Origin: Saprolegnia diclina VS20
Lineage: Eukaryota
Assembly (NCBI RefSeq): GCF_000281045.1
Contig: NW_008246096.1
Coordinates: forward strand, 526,497-590,496
Length of the DNA: 64,000 nucleotides
Direction of reading: 5' to 3'
Part shown: one piece after another, positions 46,715 through 58,926 of the stretch
Layout of the letters: each line of letters opens with the position of its first letter
Numbering within the stretch: position 1 is the first letter of the stretch
Program-made: the position numbers and the translations under genes
The notes under the pieces: generated by a model
The model's input: only the letters and a program-made list of their open reading frames with translations
Databases searched by the model: none
Told to the model about the DNA's origin: nothing

Positions 46715-47614
46715 AATCGAGTTTGTGGTTCGAGGGTCCAGTCCGGTTGCCTTCAACTATCCGTAGTGACGTTTATCCGGATTCCAATGAACCAGTGCGT
46801 CGAATCAGCTAGGTAGCCTTTTTAATGTACATGTACTTGGTTGTAGTAACGATCATTAAATATAGGTATTAAATGACGCGGTTGAAGTTGGTGGAGGTGT
46901 ATAAACCCGTTGCGCAACTGGCGCGCCAAGAGCCAAAGACCCGCCGACGCCGTCGCTGTCGACGCAACCGCAGCGTCTGAGTCCGTGGCGTCCAGTGGTC
47001 TGCGATTCCACAGTCCGGCAAGGTCCGCAAGACAGGTCGCGGGCGGTCGTCGCGGCGCGTCCGGACGTGCCCCTTGCTCACGACCAAGGTAATCACCAAA
47101 GCGCGATCACCAGGATCGCATCTTGAGCCTCTTCAGCGCTATTTATGCAAGCGGGTAGTGATCAGACCATGTTTTTCCTATGTGACGTTGCCGTAGAGAT
47201 AGCCATCGGGTGGTAGTGGCGCCTGGCACGATGGGCTCAGTTTAGCGACGTTCCACTACAGCGCTTAGCGACCCCAAGCGACCCTTGTTTTGCTTCCGAA
47301 AAAACCCCACTTCACGGCCCACATGCGCATTCCAGTTTGCCCAGCCGTGTATTTTCTACGGGCAATGGGCAAGAAAACTCAGTCTGGCTTATGCCGGTTA
47401 CTGTCAGCGGGCTTTGGCAACGTGGTCGCATTGAGCTTGCCTCCCCTGATCCCTGGCAACACACACAGGAAGCGTAGATCAAGCCATGCGGAACTATTCT
47501 TAGGGAATAAGAAGATCTCCGCGCTGCACGTCTTAAAGGTTACGTTAAAGGTTACCTCGTGGCGCCACACAACCAAGCAAACGGTACATTTATGTCATAC
47601 AACTGGCCCGGTGG

Positions 47615-48232
47615 CTACGCAGCGGCATCGCTTCCGTCCTTTGTCGAAACCTCTGGCGCCAAGACAAAGAGGGGCCCGCCGACGTGGACAACATCATTGA
47701 CGTTGGCCAGCCCACGCCGGATGACGCCGGCAACCGGTGCGCAGACGTCGACCGACACCTTGTCAGTCTCGAGCACAAGAACAACGTCATCGGCAAGAAC
47801 GCGGTCGCCTTCGTACTTGACCCACTCGACAATGGTGGCGTTAGCAACAGTCTCGCCCAGGTGCGGCACGGGCACGGTGAGGCAGGCAGCAAGCGCCTCG
47901 GGTGACGTCGTGTGGGGCAACCCTTGCGTCAGACGAAAGAGCGGCGACCCAATTGGCACGCGGACGTTGGTCTCGACGAGGTGCTTGGCAATCACACCGG
48001 CTTGCGGCGATCGCAAGTCGATGGTGACCTTGTCAGTCTCAAAGACAGCGACGACGTCGTCGGCAGCCACGGCGTCACCGACCTGCTTGGCCCACTTGAG
48101 CACGAGCCCATGGTGGATCGAAGGACCCATGGACGGGATCGGAATGTCGATCGTCGTGATGTACGCCCGCGTCCAGCGGGGGCCGGCGAAGTGGCGCAGG
48201 ACGCCAGGAAGGTTCGGAACGCGTCGGAGCAT
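47615..48232 (-). CDS. Lipoyl-domain-only DLST paralog (presequence + two lipoyl domains, 205 aa)
   Basis: Uninterrupted ORF collinear with the DLST N-terminus. Both ETDK lipoylation motifs are retained. Stop follows shortly after the second domain. Confidence 0.75.
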   Translation of the reverse strand: MLRRVPNLPGVLRHFAGPRWTRAYITTIDIPIPSMGPSIHHGLVLKWAKQVGDAVAADDVVAVFETDKVTIDLRSPQAGVIAKHLVETNVRVPIGSPLFRLTQGLPHTTSPEALAACLTVPVPHLGETVANATIVEWVKYEGDRVLADDVVLVLETDKVSVDVCAPVAGVIRRGLANVNDVVHVGGPLFVLAPEVSTKDGSDAAA

Positions 48233-48623
48233 CTTGGTTTGTGGCGTTTTGCGTCAACGGCACCAACTTGTGATTGGTCAACAAAAATCGAAGCCACCAA
48301 TCACATGACGAGAATCTTGGCGACAAAAACAAGCTGACACATGGCTGCTGTGGTGATTTGGCGCCAACCTGCGATCTGCTTCAACTTGCCTTACCACAGC
48401 GTTACTCTGTACGCACTGGGCCTTTAGCAAACTTGCTACTGACGTTAGAGTCGAAACTTGCGAACAGCTAGTCGTACCGTACATGCGGCCATTGAAATCT
48501 CCTGCAAGACTAGGGTACGGGTTATGCCATCCCATCAAATCTGCGGGGCTGTTTGTCCATGCGCCGCAAGGGCGAGCGACTCCCAGGGCATGTGAATTTT
48601 GTTAGTTGTCGACTAGTACGATA

Positions 48624-49633
48624 CTACGTAATGTACGAGAGCTCCATCTTTTTTGGCAGCGGCGCGACAGGCACTTCGGGGACGTGTCCAAAGACGGCTT
48701 GGTTCAAGACGGCGGCGACAGCGTCAATGTCGTGCAGGATCGAGAGAAGCGCGGTCGTAAAGTCTGCGTCGCCAGTGAGCGCGACGAGACGGTCGTCGTC
48801 GTCAAAGCACCAGTGCATTGTCGAATATACCGTCATGACTTGACCGACCTAAAATACACACATCAATAAGTTCTTGGATCCACAAGAGATCGTCTTTATA
48901 CCAGCCGGGACTTGAGGTGGTCGGGGCAGTGGGGGAAGAAGGTGCTAATGGAGCTGCGGCTGATCTTGAGGAAGGACTTGACGACGCCCTTGACGATCGC
49001 ACCATCGTCCGTCTTCGTAACGACGCAATTGTGCATCTCCAACGACACCTGCATCGACGGTTGTTAGAGCTCGTGCACTACTACAAGAAGACGAGGTACC
49101 GAAGAAAAGGACGAGGTGTAGCGTTGCCAGTTGTCCAAAATGCACTGGATCCCGACGCCATGGTTGTATCGGACTTCAGGCACCGCGATGGCGGATAGGA
49201 AATTGGCTTGCTTGACGCTCAGCTTGCGCCTCGACGCGTTGTACCCCTAATGCATCACGCTCGTCGATCGTATTTAGCTACTCGAGGTCGGTCGTACTTG
49301 CTTGAAGAGGGTAATGTATTGGCGGGCCGTCTTGGCCGTAGGCCCGCCATCAAAGTCGGGCTGGATGCGAAGCACGTGAACGAGTGGCACTTGGCGCACG
49401 AGGCTCACCGCGCGCTGCTGCAGCGCCGCGACCTCGTCCTGGAGCGCGGTCACGGACGTGATGATGGCTTCGTGCTCCTTCTTCTTGCGATCGCGAAAGG
49501 ACTTTTGGCTCTTGCGGCATTGCAGCCGCCGGTGCTGCTGCGCGTCGTAGCTCATCGCCTCCTGGTGCGCATCCATCGTGGCGACGGCGTCGATGAGGCG
49601 GCGGTCCGCAACGCTCAAGCAGTTCATCATCAT
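48624..49633 (-). CDS. Oomycete-type bZIP transcription factor; 4 exons
   Basis: Basic region RRLQCRKSQKSFRDRKK plus heptads (V..LQ.EV..L). GT-AG splicing gives a continuous C-terminal domain ending KKMELSYIT*. Confidence 0.75.
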
Positions 49634-50847
49634 CCTTCGCCAGCTTCTCTGAAATGCGCAGCCAAAATGGAAGAAGTCCACTTCTCACCTCTGTCCCATG
49701 TAGATTGTAATCGCGGGTTGGACGACTTTGCGCCAATGAAATTGCACCAAATCGAGCAACCGCTGTTTGATTGGATGTAGAATATCATTGCACCCGACGC
49801 ACGGTGGAGCTTGCGATGAGAAGCGACGGCGGTTCCGACGTCGAAACGGCTCCAGTTCAAAACTTCCACAACACGCCGCGCGAACACTACGCTCGCGCAT
49901 CCAGACACCACCGATGACACGCCAACGACTGCCTCCTCATGACGTTGACAAGCAGCGGCAACAAACAAAAGTCGCAACGCGAAGCAGTGTGTGGTAGGTC
50001 GCTGTCCAGGCGGCGGCCTGACCACACACTCAGTCACGGAAACTTCGCACCCGTGCAATGATTACGGACACAGCAAACGGCATGCACCCAGCGCATCGCG
50101 ATCTTGGGCCCAATGGTCGGGTGCCTTTTCATTCGACAAACGCTGGACCCAAACCCAAACGAACGTGTGCGGGAGCGGCGGGGCGGCAGGGCGGCAGCGC
50201 GACAGAGGGCGATATGTCAACGACGAAGATTCTTGATGGCACTGCACCGACGCAAGATGACGCAGTTGCGAGACAGCTGCTCCAAGTCGAGATGATTTGG
50301 GTGCAGGCTCCGAGATCAAAAATATAGAACCGGATGGGCAACGCAGCGGGAAGAGCTGTAGCGGTGACGAACGGGCGCTTATATCTTTTGAAATAAAAAA
50401 GGCTTACCTCGATATTCTTTGACGCTCTTGTCGCCAGCACCGGGCTGCCATCCAATGTATCCTCAGCGGATCGAGCACCGGCAAGTGCTGAGCTTATTGC
50501 GTGACCATGCCTACTGGACCTATTACGGCGGCGTCATGCACAAAGAGCCCACTGGCGCTCTCGAGCGCCAACGGCTCTTGTCCACTCAACGGCTTTCGGT
50601 AGCTCGATTTCTTGATGACATCACTGGCGTGCGTGCGTACCACGGTACAGTTGATTGCATCATCCACACCGATCAATTTTGTGACGTGTGGTGGCAGCAG
50701 ACGGTTTGCCGTCGGGCGCTATATCACCAAGGACTGCTTTCATGGGCGGGATTTTAGTCGGGCGGCCAAACACCGATCGGTAAACTTAGCATACTACAGT
50801 CTTATTGGTCCAAGACTTTAATGCGAAATATTCGACGATCCAAAATC

Positions 50848-52204
50848 TCAGTAGTTGAACTGGGAGAGCGCGATGGAAAACGCCTGAAACGGCGTCATCG
50901 GGTGCCGGAAATCGAGGTGGAAGAGCTTGTCCGAGACCTTGCCAAACTGCAAAATCACGCCTTGCTTGGTGCCCCGGAGCACGAGCTGAAAGTTCTTGAC
51001 GGATGGCACCGAGACGCGGCCGTTAAAGTTGAGGCGATAGCAGCCCTTCTCATACTCGGGATCTTTGTTGTCGAGGATCACAAGGTCCGATGTGCGGCCC
51101 AGCTTGACTTGCTCCGCGAGCGAGCTGAACGCATCACCTTTCGATGGCACCGACTTGGCCTCGCCGCTGCTCGTAAGACCCGGGCAGATTACTGTGAGCT
51201 TGCGTGGCTACCACATTCCAAGTACCGCAACCCATCGCCGTGATTACGAGGCTCACCTTGGAGTGAGACGTCTTGGTCTCGAATAGAATCGCGCCAAGCT
51301 CCCGCTTCTCCGCCTGGGCGCTGATCATAACGTTCTCTTGGCGACCAAAGCTCGAGCGAAGCTTCCCAATGTAGTTGCCGCTCTTCTTGCTCAGCTTGTA
51401 TGACGCAGCGCCCCGCGACATGTCGAAAATGTGGTAGTTGGACGTGCGGTTGTTGAGCTGCTTCTGGGCGAGCAGAACCAATTTGTTCTAGAAATATGTT
51501 GTGAGCTCGTGTCAACCTTGGATTTGTCGACCTTGATGAAGAATTGATACTGCGGTGTTAGTCGGTTCGCCCCGTGGTTGCAGCGCACAATCGAGCCCTA
51601 AGGTCATTCCTCATTCCACCTCTGTCTCTACAATAAAGTTCAAATGTACCTCGGTCAAATGCAGGGCCGTAGCACTGCCGGGGAGAACGCTGAGTGGCAA
51701 GAAGGGGGTTGCGTCGAACCGGCCTTCGCCGCTCTGGTTGCCTGCCAAACTGCACTGGTCGAGCTTTGTTTCGATGTGCGGCACGCGCGTCTTTTCGTAG
51801 CGACTTTCAATTTTCGCTTCGGCAATCTTACTCGGCTCCCTCGTGTCTCCGGCGGCGCTGAGCCACTCGGAGCATGCGACCGAGACGTTCTTTGGATCGT
51901 CCTAACCCATCAAAAACGCGTCAGACTGAGGTTACATGAGTCGAATCGAGGGACTTACGCCGTCTTCGCTGTCCTCGGCCTCGCTGTCTTTTCCGTCGTG
52001 TCCATCGCTATCGTCGTCCTCGTCGGCCTCGTACCGAATCACTTGATTGCTCTCCTCTTTGGCCTCCACGTCCAGGTCCCACGCGCGCGACGCTACGCCA
52101 GAGACTATCAGATCGTAGTCGCAGCACAAGGTTGAGAGTATCCCACGCTTGACCGGTGCGCGGTTCTGGTTGTTGTTGCTGCTCTTGCTGCTCGCCGTCG
52201 ACAT
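50848..52204 (-). CDS. Tubby-like protein; multi-exon
   Basis: LLAQK..RTSNYHI, NYIGKLRS, YRLNFNGRVSVPSVKNFQL, LQFGKV, LDFRHPMTPFQAFSIALSQF. Confidence 0.9.
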
Positions 52205-52586
52205 GGTCGATTGCACTTTGAAAAGCTCGACGCCGTTGGCTGGAATTCTCGCTTCTCATTGGCCACGTCAAATCTATTTTTAGATGCAAGTTGCGTGAAT
52301 CAAGATTGGATATGACGTGGCGCCACGGACGAGCATCAAGTGGCCATAAATAGCAATCATCCAGCATCGCTAGTATTTGGTCCATAACCCGCGCTCCCGT
52401 GCTCGTATGCCACGTACTTAGAGCAAAGAAGATAGTGCTCACATCGGTTGTGACCATGTACTAGCACGTAGTCGAATTCCGCAACGTTAAAAAGGGGTGC
52501 ACTCGACCCAATCGGGTGTTAAGCAACGCACGGCTTCTCCACCGAGCAGGAAAAAAAATGCAACAAAACGAAACTCCCGAGAAAGC

Positions 52587-55500
52587 ATGTCGCGCCAGCA
52601 CATCTCGGAGGACGAAGCGCTGCTGCTGCGCAAGGAGAAGTTTCGCCTTGCGCAGAGCAAGACCGTCGAAGGCGGTATCGAGAGCTCATTTGAGAGTCGA
52701 TTTTCGCAGCTCGAGGCGCCGTTCTGGAAAGCTTTCTATGCGGCGTGTGCCGCTGGCGCCGAGTGGGTCAACTACCGATCGCTGCTCATTTCGTACTCGC
52801 TGCCGCAGACCATCAATAGCACCGACGCTTACGTAAGTAACACGTTCGGCCTCACAAGCGATGTAGCACGTACGATGCGATACATAGGGGGAAACCATGA
52901 TGACGCTGGCCGCGCAGCACAATCGCGTTCACGTTCTCACCGTGCTACTTGGCATCAAGGGCGATCCGTGGCGCACCAATCAAAAGGTGCGACTTAACAT
53001 GGAGCACGAAGCGGGCAAACTTGTGAAATTAGGGCTGGAGCGCCGTGACAGTTGCCGCTGTCCAAAACCACGATGCAGTCATCCAGATTTTTGCTGCGAA
53101 CCGCGTCAAGTACGTTGCGGTCGGCCTCACCAACCCATCCATGATGTGATATGGTCACTAGATTAGACTTGCCCGACAAGCGACTTGTATGCGTGCCGGA
53201 GCAAAATGGTATCTCTCATGATGTAGGGCTACACACCTGCGCACTTTGTGGTGCAAGTTCACAACGACAAGATGCTTCGGTTGCTGCACGACTTACACGC
53301 TGACCTGCGGACAGCTGCCAAGAACGTACGACACATATCATATACTACAATACAACCAAGTGATGGTTACCCTAGGGCTACACACTGCTCCACACGGCGG
53401 CCGAAGCCGCAGCCGACGATTGTTTGGTGTACCTTGTCAAAATGAAGCTTATACCGGTGGACGCCCGTGACACCAACGTATTTAACGCACCTGCTTGGCA
53501 TCGCTACACGATATATGTAGAACGAAACTGCGTGCCACAAGGCGGCGCGCCACAACCACAATCGCGCACTTGAGATTCTCTTGGCCCACGGTGCGTCCTT
53601 CTCGCTTCAAAACCGAGAGGTGATACAACTAGAAGATGAACTAACTCTGCTCTTTTGGATGGTTAAATGTATGAAATGCAATAGAAAGACGGCGTCGCCA
53701 NNNNNNNNNNNNNNNNNNNNNNNNNNNNNNNNNNNNNNNNNNNNNNNNNNNNNNNNNNNNNNNNNNNNNNNNNNNNNNNNNNNNNNNNNNNNNNNNNNNN
53801 NNNNNNNNNNNNNNNNNNNNNNNNNNNNNNNNNNNNNNNNNNNNNNNNNNNNNNNNNNNNNNNNNNNNNNNNNNNNNNNNNNNNNNNNNNNNNNNNNNNN
53901 NNNNNNNNNNNNNNNNNNNNNNNNNNNNNNNNNNNNNNNNNNNNNNNNNNNNNNNNNNNNNNNNNNNNNNNNNNNNNNNNNNNNNNNNNNNNNNNNNNNN
54001 NNNNNNNNNNNNNNNNNNNNNNNNNNNNNNNNNNNNNNNNNNNNNNNNNNNNNNNNNNNNNNNNNNNNNNNNNNNNNNNNNNNNNNNNNNNNNNNNNNNN
54101 NNNNNNNNNNNNNNNNNNNNNNNNNNNNNNNNNNNNNNNNNNNNNNNNNNNNNNNNNNNNNNNNNNNNNNNNNNNNNNNNNNNNNNNNNNNNNNNNNNNN
54201 NNNNNNNNNNNNNNNNNNNNNNNNNNNNNNNNNNNNNNNNNNNNNNNNNNNNNNNNNNNNNNGGTGACCACCGCGGTCCTAGATTTTCTGGACCCAAACA
54301 AACCAAGAAGAAGTGTTCGAGTCGGTGCGTCCTTTGCTCATGTAGATACAAATCTTGATCGCTCGACGATTTAGACGAGCAAACCGCTCGTCGAGTTTGC
54401 TCTCAAGGGCATCAACAGTTGCTGCTTTGCGTACGGTCAAACGGGCTCGGGCAAGACGTTTAGGTAGCGCACCGACAGACACAAGAGGTCACGTTGACGT
54501 CTCTAGCATCTTTGGCGAGACGGGCGAAAAGGACGGCATCATCCCGCGCTGCACCGACTATCTGTTTGACATGATTGAGCGCAACCAGCAAACCGACCGC
54601 ACCAACAAGCCCGTACATTCCGCCCTATCGTTTCGTGTCCGAGGGAATCGTGACATGTAGGAAATCACGCTGGTTGTGAGCTTTCTCGAAATTTACTGTG
54701 ATCGGCTGCGCGACTTGGGCCGCGAGTATGCTTTTTTCGTCGTGAAGGACAAATGAGAGAGCACCGTGGTGTTAGGTATGCTCAGAAAACGGGTCGCACC
54801 GTATCGTACCAGCAAAGCAGTAGCGCGGATTGGTACTTGCGCCAGGTACTACAATGACAGGTCGACTGTATACATGACGACGTACATGGACGTAGAAGGC
54901 GATGAAGCGCACCGACAGCAGTGCGAGGTGCGACCTCGTATCGCGCTGCGGTATTGACAGCAATGAGAACGTAGTGTCTTCTCCAATCACTCTTCCAAAG
55001 ACGAGACCCGCGTTGACTATGAAAAAGGTACGGACGATGGCGTCGAGGCCGTGTCGCTGACGCAAAACTCAAACTAGAAAACCTCGAGATTCACGAAGAC
55101 GCCCAAGGCCAAGTGTTTGTCAAAGATCTCTCGATGATTGAAGTCACGCGCCGTGAAGAAGTTGCTCAATTGAGATTTGAATGACAAAGACTGAACGACA
55201 AAAACCGTAGGTGAATGTGATGGTGCAAATGGGCCTCAAGCTGCGCTCAACGCATGAAACAAAGATGAACGCCGTCTCTTCGCGATCACACACGGTGTTT
55301 TCCATTCACGTTTTCCAACACGGTGCGACAGAATATAGGCTGCTGTCTATGCCATTTATTTGGTTGCAATAACTGAATTGCCTAGATTTGGCGACAAATG
55401 AAGTCATTTCGGGCACACTCAACATGGTCGACTTGGCCGGGTACGCGACTTTCAACTAAAGTTTGCGTCCAGATAGCAAATGCTGGTGTAGATCGGAGCG

Positions 55501-57734
55501 CCTCAAGAAGAGCGAGTCGGACGGACAACGGCTCAAGGAGGCACTGCACATCAACTCGTCGCTCAGTGCAGTCGGCAAAGTTGTCATGTCGCTCGACCCC
55601 GAAAGCCGCTTCAACTACATTCCATACCGCGATTCGAAACTCACGCGGCTTCTCCAAAACAGCATCGGTGCGAACGCATGAACCATTGCATATTTATGAA
55701 ATCATTCTTAGGTGGCAACTCGTTTACGATTCTCATTGCGACCATCCACCCAATGAAAGAGCACTACGAAGAGTGCTTGAGCACCATGCAATTCGCCAAC
55801 CGGTGTCGGACCGTCCAAAACCAGGTAGCTCCACATGACAAAAGCGCGCCATCACGCATTTCATCAATTATGTAGCCCCGTGTCAACTACATCAACCAAA
55901 ACGTCGTCGATAAAGATCGGCGAATACGCAAACTCCAGGACGAAATTGCGCTCTTGAAGCGAAAGCTCGAGTGTTTGCGTGCCGAGCAAAACGCGCGCAT
56001 GGGCACGATTCTGCGCGAGCTTGGCTACGACGTGAGCGGCTTCACAGAAGAAGGCAACGTGCGCCTTGCTGTACGCTGCATTTGGAACGCGGCGGCATGA
56101 ACGGCCACGTAGGATGGTACAGTGGTCATTGCGACAGAAGAGACGATTCTCGACATGCACGGCAACCCCATCACGCTCTCCAAGACCGAGGACGCGCTGG
56201 GACACTCGCCCTCCAAGCGGAAAAAATCGCTCTCGGACCACGGTCGCAACCAAGAGCTTCGGCGCACGATCGGTCTCGACGCCTGCGTTGCATTGTTTCT
56301 CATCAAATTGATGTCATAGAGTTTTTGAGGAAAGAACGCGACTACATGCGTCAAAAAGCCGAGGATGTCAAGAACGCCGTCCTTCTGGCGCAGGTCATCT
56401 CCCTAGAGTCGTGCCAAACTCACGTCGTGTAGGCCGAGCTGAAGAAGGAGAAGGACGATATGCTTCGGCAGCTGCAGCAGCAAAAGCGCGAAGTGCTGCG
56501 TCTCGAGAGCGAGCTCGTGCTCAAGGACGAAGCGCTTGTCCGGATCGAGGCCCAAGGCGCGTCCAAGCACAAGGAGGACATTCAGCATATTCTCGAACAC
56601 AGCCAAGCGCTGCAGCGAACGTCGCAGCGACCGAGCGTGATGCTTCGCGCGAAATCGGATGGCCCCACACTGCCACTCGCCGTGTCTTCTGACTTTGCCC
56701 AGCGCGCGCTACAGCTGGAAAAGTCCAAGGAGGACGACATTGCACTTTTAAAGGAGCAGTACGAGTGTCTTTTGGCAAGGAAAAAGCAAGAGCTCCTTGA
56801 CTTGACCAAGCAGTGGACACAGCACCAAGCCACGGACCGAGAGACGATCGAAGTATCTCGTTGCTGTAAGTTTGTGATGACGAGATGACGCTCGCTAGAC
56901 ACTCAAAGACGAAATGGCCCAGCTCTACGTTTATACAACGCGTCTCTTCCAGGCAAGCCAATCGCACTTGCAGCGCAAGTACGTCATGTTCAAGAATAAG
57001 AACTATCCTCAGTGCCAAGATAGAAGCCACGATGTCTCTTGGCCCAAGCCACTCCTGACCAACACGACCAAGTTGCGCCACTTTCGAGCGCTCCTCGGGT
57101 CCGACCCGCTCGTTCAAGCCCGTGTGCAGCACGCCAAGGAGCACAAAGTGATGTCGGCACGTGTCGCAGCCACGGCACGTCCTGTCTCGGCGCCCGCGCG
57201 CCGGCCGATGAGTGCGGGGTACGCGTCGGCGTTCCGGGGTCGGATTTTGCAGCAGCCTCCCGTAACCTTGCTTGAACCATGGTTGATGATCGCTCATTTT
57301 TGGCGCAGGTTGCGACGACCTCGGCAGAGTGTGACGGCATCATCAACGAAGACGACGACAGCGACTCGGAGCTCAGCATGCTCGTACGTGTTGTCGCTGT
57401 ACTTCACAGAGGCGATTACATGGAGGCTCGTGTAGCCGATTGAAACGTTGCGCCAGCTGTTGCGGGATGAGCGAGCCAAGCAACAAAAGCCGCGGCAGCC
57501 CGAAGTCGACGACGACGTCGTGGACCAGCTGCGCACCAAGCTGCAGCACGAGGTGGCGACGACACGTGTACTACGAAGCGTCATAGTTGGGTGTAGGTTC
57601 AAAAGAACCGCGAATTGCGCGCGGCGAATGCAGCTCTGCAGCGACAACAAACCAAAACCACCCAAGAAAAAGTGGCTCCGGCCAAACCCCGCCCACAGTC
57701 GGCGACAAAACGACCCATGGGGCGGGAGGAATAA
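52587..57734 (+). CDS. Kinesin-like protein, apparently with N-terminal ankyrin repeats; many short exons; interrupted by assembly gap
   Basis: Before the gap: [42 protein letters not shown] ankyrin repeats. After the gap: [51 protein letters not shown], then coiled coil. Continuity across the gap is inferred. Confidence 0.75.
53701..54262. other. Assembly gap (562 N)
   Basis: Run of N. Confidence 1.
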
Positions 57735-58457
57735 GATCCCACCCCATGCACGGCACCCGACACAGCCACTGGAGTGTAGTACTCGAAGCCGCTCGACGCT
57801 GTCTATCATGTCGTCTAGAACCAGTAAAGTCGTAGATTTGACGCCGGCCATGGACGTTATTAGTGCATCTAGATAACACAACGACTGGAATCGTAGATAC
57901 CGATTTCGGAAAAAAAACGTGCGGACTGGCGTCCCTGTCGCTCCATGCGCCACGTCATTGGAACCTGCGTGGATCATGCACGCACGCGGATGCTAGATAT
58001 ACATCCATGATAAGTGGGATGCTCTGAACAGTAGTAGCTCTAGGATGAGCTATGTAGCAATCGTCTTATCGTAGGTGTGGGATACGCCATCATCATCACA
58101 TGCATTACAAAAAAAAATGCTCGCGAGCAAGACGACCCACTTGTTTCGTCCGTGCCCTCCATGATGCTTCCGAGTTGGTGTCCGTGTCACACGCTGTCAA
58201 TGCATGCAGAGCTCGGAGCCACCCACGTGCAGTGCAATGGACGAGACGGTCGCAACGAACGGCAGTTCGTACGTTCATCAACTTTTTCAAAGGCACCTGC
58301 TACAGTGCTTCGTTGCAGGCTTCGACTTCGACGACAAGTACTTTCGAAAGTATAGCGCCGCTTTTTATCGCAGTGAATGAGGAGGAGGGAATAAATTTAT
58401 TTGAACGAACTAGGACAACAGACAAGGAGGACACCACATTGGACACTACGCGCGTGT

Positions 58458-58919
58458 CTAGTCGCACAAGATGAAGCTCAGACTCGCCTTGTTGGCGGCC
58501 TCTGCGGTGGTTCTGCTCGGAGACGATTTCGCCTTGCTGGCTTCGCGCTGCATTTGCAGCCGGCGCGAGTTGTACGCCTTCATTTGCAAAAGGCGCTTGG
58601 CCTTGTTCTTCTCGTACCACGCCTTCATCTTTTCCTTCTGCGCGTCGCGGTGGGCGGCATACCATTCCTTCTTGTACTCCTTGGTGTCTTGCTTGGCGCG
58701 CTTGGCCCGCGTCGCCTTGACTTGCTTGGGCTTGTCCTCGACGGGCGCCGAGAGCTGCCAGTGGTGGTGGAATTGCTCGCCGTAGAGGTTCGAGTAGTGC
58801 GTGTACGTCTCGGCCGGGTATGCAGCCGCGGCATACGGTGTGGCGGCGTAGTGGAGGCTGCCGTAGTACGTTGTCGGCTCGGGCGTCGTCGTCCGGTAGG
58901 TCGTCGGGTGCACTGTCAT
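58458..58919 (-). CDS. Hypothetical basic helical protein (153 aa), possible nucleic-acid-binding regulator
   Basis: Tyr/Thr-rich N-terminus and repeated K(E/A)(W/Y)Y..(H/N)(R/K) helices. INR/FPR element immediately upstream (58927-58943). Confidence 0.75.
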   Translation of the reverse strand: MTVHPTTYRTTTPEPTTYYGSLHYAATPYAAAAYPAETYTHYSNLYGEQFHHHWQLSAPVEDKPKQVKATRAKRAKQDTKEYKKEWYAAHRDAQKEKMKAWYEKNKAKRLLQMKAYNSRRLQMQREASKAKSSPSRTTAEAANKASLSFILCD

Positions 58920-58926
58920 GGTCGTG

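Noticed and set aside
45150..46816. Two plus-strand ORFs of about 538 aa
   Set aside because: Antisense shadows of DLST.
47533..47555. Short tandem TTAAAGGTTAC x2
   Set aside because: Only two copies; not telomeric and not an array; likely slippage.
50214..50757. Possible small plus-strand gene between bZIP and Tubby
   Set aside because: Candidate splices gave early stops or no recognisable product; unsupported without transcripts.
53581..54351. ORFs of X residues
   Set aside because: Artefact of the N gap.
58339..58352. 14-nt perfect palindrome TACTTTCGAAAGTA
   Set aside because: A few such palindromes are expected by chance in 64 kb; no context support.
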